DNA of 12,445 nucleotides, taken from contig JBJCIZ010000472.1 in assembly GCA_051294375.1 (NCBI GenBank), forward strand, positions 1-12,445, written 5' to 3'. Below the pieces are notes generated by a model. It was given only the letters and a program-made list of their open reading frames with translations. It was not told the DNA's origin and searched no databases. Below, piece by piece: positions 10,001 through 12,445 of this stretch (position 1 is the first letter of the stretch; the number at the start of each line of letters is the position of its first letter). A program made the position numbers and the translations under genes. Source of the stretch: Paraspadella gotoi. Taxonomy: Eukaryota; Animalia; Chaetognatha.

Positions 10001-11772
10001 GATTTTTAAATTAAAAAAGTAATAAAACGTTAATAACCGGCAGACGACATTTCCAAAGAGGTAACAACTTTAAAAAAACAAAGAAAACGCTTTTTTCCAA
10101 TTGTAAAAGAGATAAAAATTTCTAAAACACGGAAAACGATATTTTCAAGAAAAAAGAAATAAAAACGTTAAAATATTCTGCAAATACACATCATCGAGGT
10201 TGTTAAAATTGGGTTAGGACATTATTAATAATCTTTTTATCAAAACAAACAAATTTCTCTTTATTATTTTTGTCTCCTTCTCTCTCTTCTTTTCTCTCTT
10301 AATTTTATGTAGCTTTCTCTCACTCTCAAAAGAGATTAAAAACGATTAAATCACCAGAAAACGACTTTTTCTAGCTAAAAAGATATGAAACAACTGTTTA
10401 AAATAACAGAAAACGAGTTTTTATTCAATGTAAAAAGAAAATTAAAAACTTTTAAAAAAAAAAACGAGCAACGTTTTTTTCTTCAATGTAAAAAATATTA
10501 AAAAACACCGCTAAACGCTTTTTAAGTAAAAGTGATAAAACGTTAATATACAGCGGCAGACGAATATTTCCAAAGAGGATAACAACTTTAAAAACAAAGA
10601 AAAACGCTTTTTCCAATGCTTAACAAAGAGGATAAAAAATTTCTAAAACACCGGGAAAACGGATTTATTTCAAGAAAAAGAAATAACTGTTATTTTAAAT
10701 ACTTTCTGCCAAAGTAACATCACGAGGTTTGTATAATTGGAGTGCAGGACAGTTTATTAAATATTTTTTATCAAAACAAACAAATTTCCTTCTCTTTTAT
10801 TTTTATGTCTCCTTCTCTCTTCTTTTCTCTTTAATCCTTTATTGTAAGCTTTCTCTCACTCTCAAAAGATAAAAACCTGTTAAATTTACACCAGAAAACG
10901 ACTTTTTCTCTGTAAAAGATATCGAAAACTTTAAAATAACAGAAAAACATTTTTTCCAATCGTAAAAAAATAAAAACGTTATAAAAAAAACGGCAAAACG
11001 TTTTTTCCAAGCTAAAAAGAGTTAAAAAACACCGATAAACGACTTTTCTAAAGTAAAAAGTGATAAAACGTTAAATACAGCGGCAGACGATATTTCCAAA
11101 GAGATTAACAACTTTAGAAAACAAAGAAAAACGCTTTTTCCACATGCTAAAAAGAGTGATAAAAAATTTTCTAAAACACCGCGAAACGGAATAGTTTTCA
11201 AGAAAAAACGAAATAAAAACGCCTTAAAATACTTCTGCAAATACCATTTTTCATCGAGTTGTTAAAATTGGAGTGAGGACAGTTATTAAATATCTTTTTT
11301 ATCAAAACAAACAAATTTCTCTCTTTATTTTTATGTCTCCTTCTCGCCTCTGCCTTTTCTCTTTGATTTTTATGTAGCTTTCTCTCGACTCTCAATAGAT
11401 AAAAACGTTAAATACACCAGAAAACAGACTTTTCTCGTGTAACAAAGATATTGAAACTTTATAAAAATAACAGCGAAAACGATTTTTTCCAATGTAAAAA
11501 GGCAATAAAAACTTTTAAAAAAATAATGAGCAAACGTTTTTTAATGTAAAAAAGATGTTAAAAAACAGCCGATAAACGACTTTTCTAAATTAAAAAGTAA
11601 CTAAAACGTTAAATACACCGGCAGCGACACTTTCCAAAGAGATAACAACTTTAAAAAAAAGAAAACGCTTTTTCCAATGTAAACAGAGATAAAAAATTCT
11701 AAAACACGAGAAAACGATAATTTCAAGAAAAAAGAAATAAAACACGTTAAATTACTTCTGCAAATAACATTC
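7059..11772. repeat. Three consecutive regular A-B-C higher-order repeat units (~1.55-1.58 kb each)
   Basis: A-type marker TTCTAGCTAAAAAG at ~7242, 8828 and 10371. C-type markers CAATAGAT (~8248, 9827, 11393) and TAAATTAAAAAGT..ACCGGCAG (~8456, 10036, 11617). The intervening B monomers have CTCTGT, CAAAAGAT and CAGCGGCAGACGATA. Confidence 0.85.
10890..11240. repeat. Example of internal ~48-bp subrepeats in one monomer
   Basis: A motif approximating AAACG-(A)-TTTTTCCAATGTAAAAAGAGATAAAAAC recurs with its ACG core at about 10898, 10947, 10998, 11039, 11087, 11131 and 11186 (41-55 bp spacing). The same pattern is present in every monomer. Confidence 0.8.
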
Positions 11773-11807
11773 ATCGAGTTGTTTGAAATTGGGTGGAGTG
11801 TAGAGAT

Positions 11808-12393
11808 ATGTCCCCTTTTTTCCGCCCATTTATTGTTTGCCTTTTGTTATTCCCCGTGTTTCTGCCGTGATGTCTTTTTTCCGTCTTCTTTAGGAGATAC
11901 AACTCCTCTTTCTTTCTTACAGATGATTCTAGGCATAGATCTGTTTTAGGACTTTTGCCGCCCGTCACCCAAACTGCCTTTTACGAGCTTTTAGACCGTG
12001 TCAGTCACGTCAAGTCACCCTTTGACTACCGTTCACAGACAGAGTCATTGTGGCCATTAGAGCCAGCTGCGAGACCCAACACTCGAGATTGTGGACGCGT
12101 TCTGGTCAGACTTTCACCGTCATAGACTCATAGACTATGTGAACGACTTGTGCGTCCCCACCCTTCGACAACTTTGGTGATCGACACCCTCGCTACCCAT
12201 CCCGGCGAATGGGCCGACGTTTCCGGCGCACGCCTTCACGGCGGCCAGACTGCGACCACGCCCTCTTTCGGAGGCTCACCGCCGGGGGGACGTGGAGGAC
12301 GACGCTCCCCGTAGCCGGCGCACACGGCGGAGAAGCAGAGGCGGCTACACGAGCACACGGCAAGTGTTACGTACAGTAAAAGCCAGCATTTAG
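11808..12393 (+). pseudogene. Unidentified frameshifted protein-coding-like region
   Basis: Joined across a few 1-nt shifts it reads MSFFRLL/RRYNSSFFLTDDSRHRSVLGLLPPVTQTAFYELLDRVSHVKSPFDYR/DRVIVAI/SQLRDPTLEIVDAFWSDFHRHRLIDYVNDLCVPTLRQL/VIDTLATHPGEWADVSGARL. Candidate ATGs are at 11808 and 11870, and candidate stops at 12312-12314 or 12391-12393. GC content rises abruptly as in the left coding block. The frame joins are my choice. Confidence 0.4.
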
Positions 12394-12445
12394 CTCTCCT
12401 ATGGCCTAAGCATCTATTCATGTCTGAAAGGATGTAGAGTCATTG

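Larger units (their letters stand above)
3123..11800. repeat. AT-rich tandem satellite array, 16 complete head-to-tail monomers of ~500-530 bp plus partial ends
   Basis: Anchor motif (AAATAACAT)CATCGAGGTTGTTAAAATTGG recurs at about 3151, 3787, 4475, 4984, 5518, 6034, 6562, 7059, 7601, 8105, 8614, 9168, 9683, 10192, 10721, 11252 and 11772. Spacings are 497-554 bp except the first two (636, 688). All copies have the same orientation and motif order. Confidence 0.97.

Noticed and set aside
3867-11395. Short K/F/L-rich ORFs inside the array
   Set aside because: Translations of A/T tracts; the frames are not conserved between monomers.
3151-11772. Array as a technical concatemer (repeated passes or rolling-circle copy of one molecule)
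   Set aside because: All units are co-oriented with no adapters. Distinct monomer classes, a hybrid unit and a C' subtype are present, and unique flanks lie on both sides.
3123-11800. CRISPR array or other repeat-spacer system
   Set aside because: Sequence between anchor motifs is homologous in every unit. There are no unique spacers and no cas-like ORFs.
11771-12421. Minus-strand ORFs of 65 aa and 61 aa in the right flank
   Set aside because: Short with no recognisable motifs; the plus strand gives more protein-like text.
12041-12445. 10-bp direct repeat AGAGTCATTG (12041 and 12436) and CATAGACT doublet (12121-12136)
   Set aside because: Too short, with dissimilar upstream flanks. The second 10-mer is cut by the window edge, so it cannot be evaluated.

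Overview
Eukaryotic (probably invertebrate) repeat-rich DNA with many 1-3 nt indels, resembling a noisy or unpolished long-read sequence. There are three blocks. (1) 1-2989, GC-rich: a minus-strand gag-like region. It has an intact 367-aa N-terminal ORF (Thr/Pro-rich linker plus coiled coil), then a frameshifted continuation ending in three degenerate Cys/His knuckles, best matching a BEL/Pao LTR-retrotransposon gag. (2) ~3123-11800, very AT-rich: a tandem array of 16 complete ~500-bp monomers. Each monomer is built from ~7-8 diverged ~48-bp subrepeats, and the monomers carry diagnostic variants recurring as an A-B-C trimer (~1.55-kb higher-order repeat) with one C/B hybrid monomer. (3) ~11800-12445, GC-rich: a frameshifted, unidentified plus-strand reading frame pointing away from the array. 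The array therefore lies head-to-head between two divergent coding regions. No LTR, PBS, pol domain, RNA gene or CRISPR array could be supported. All alignments were done by eye.
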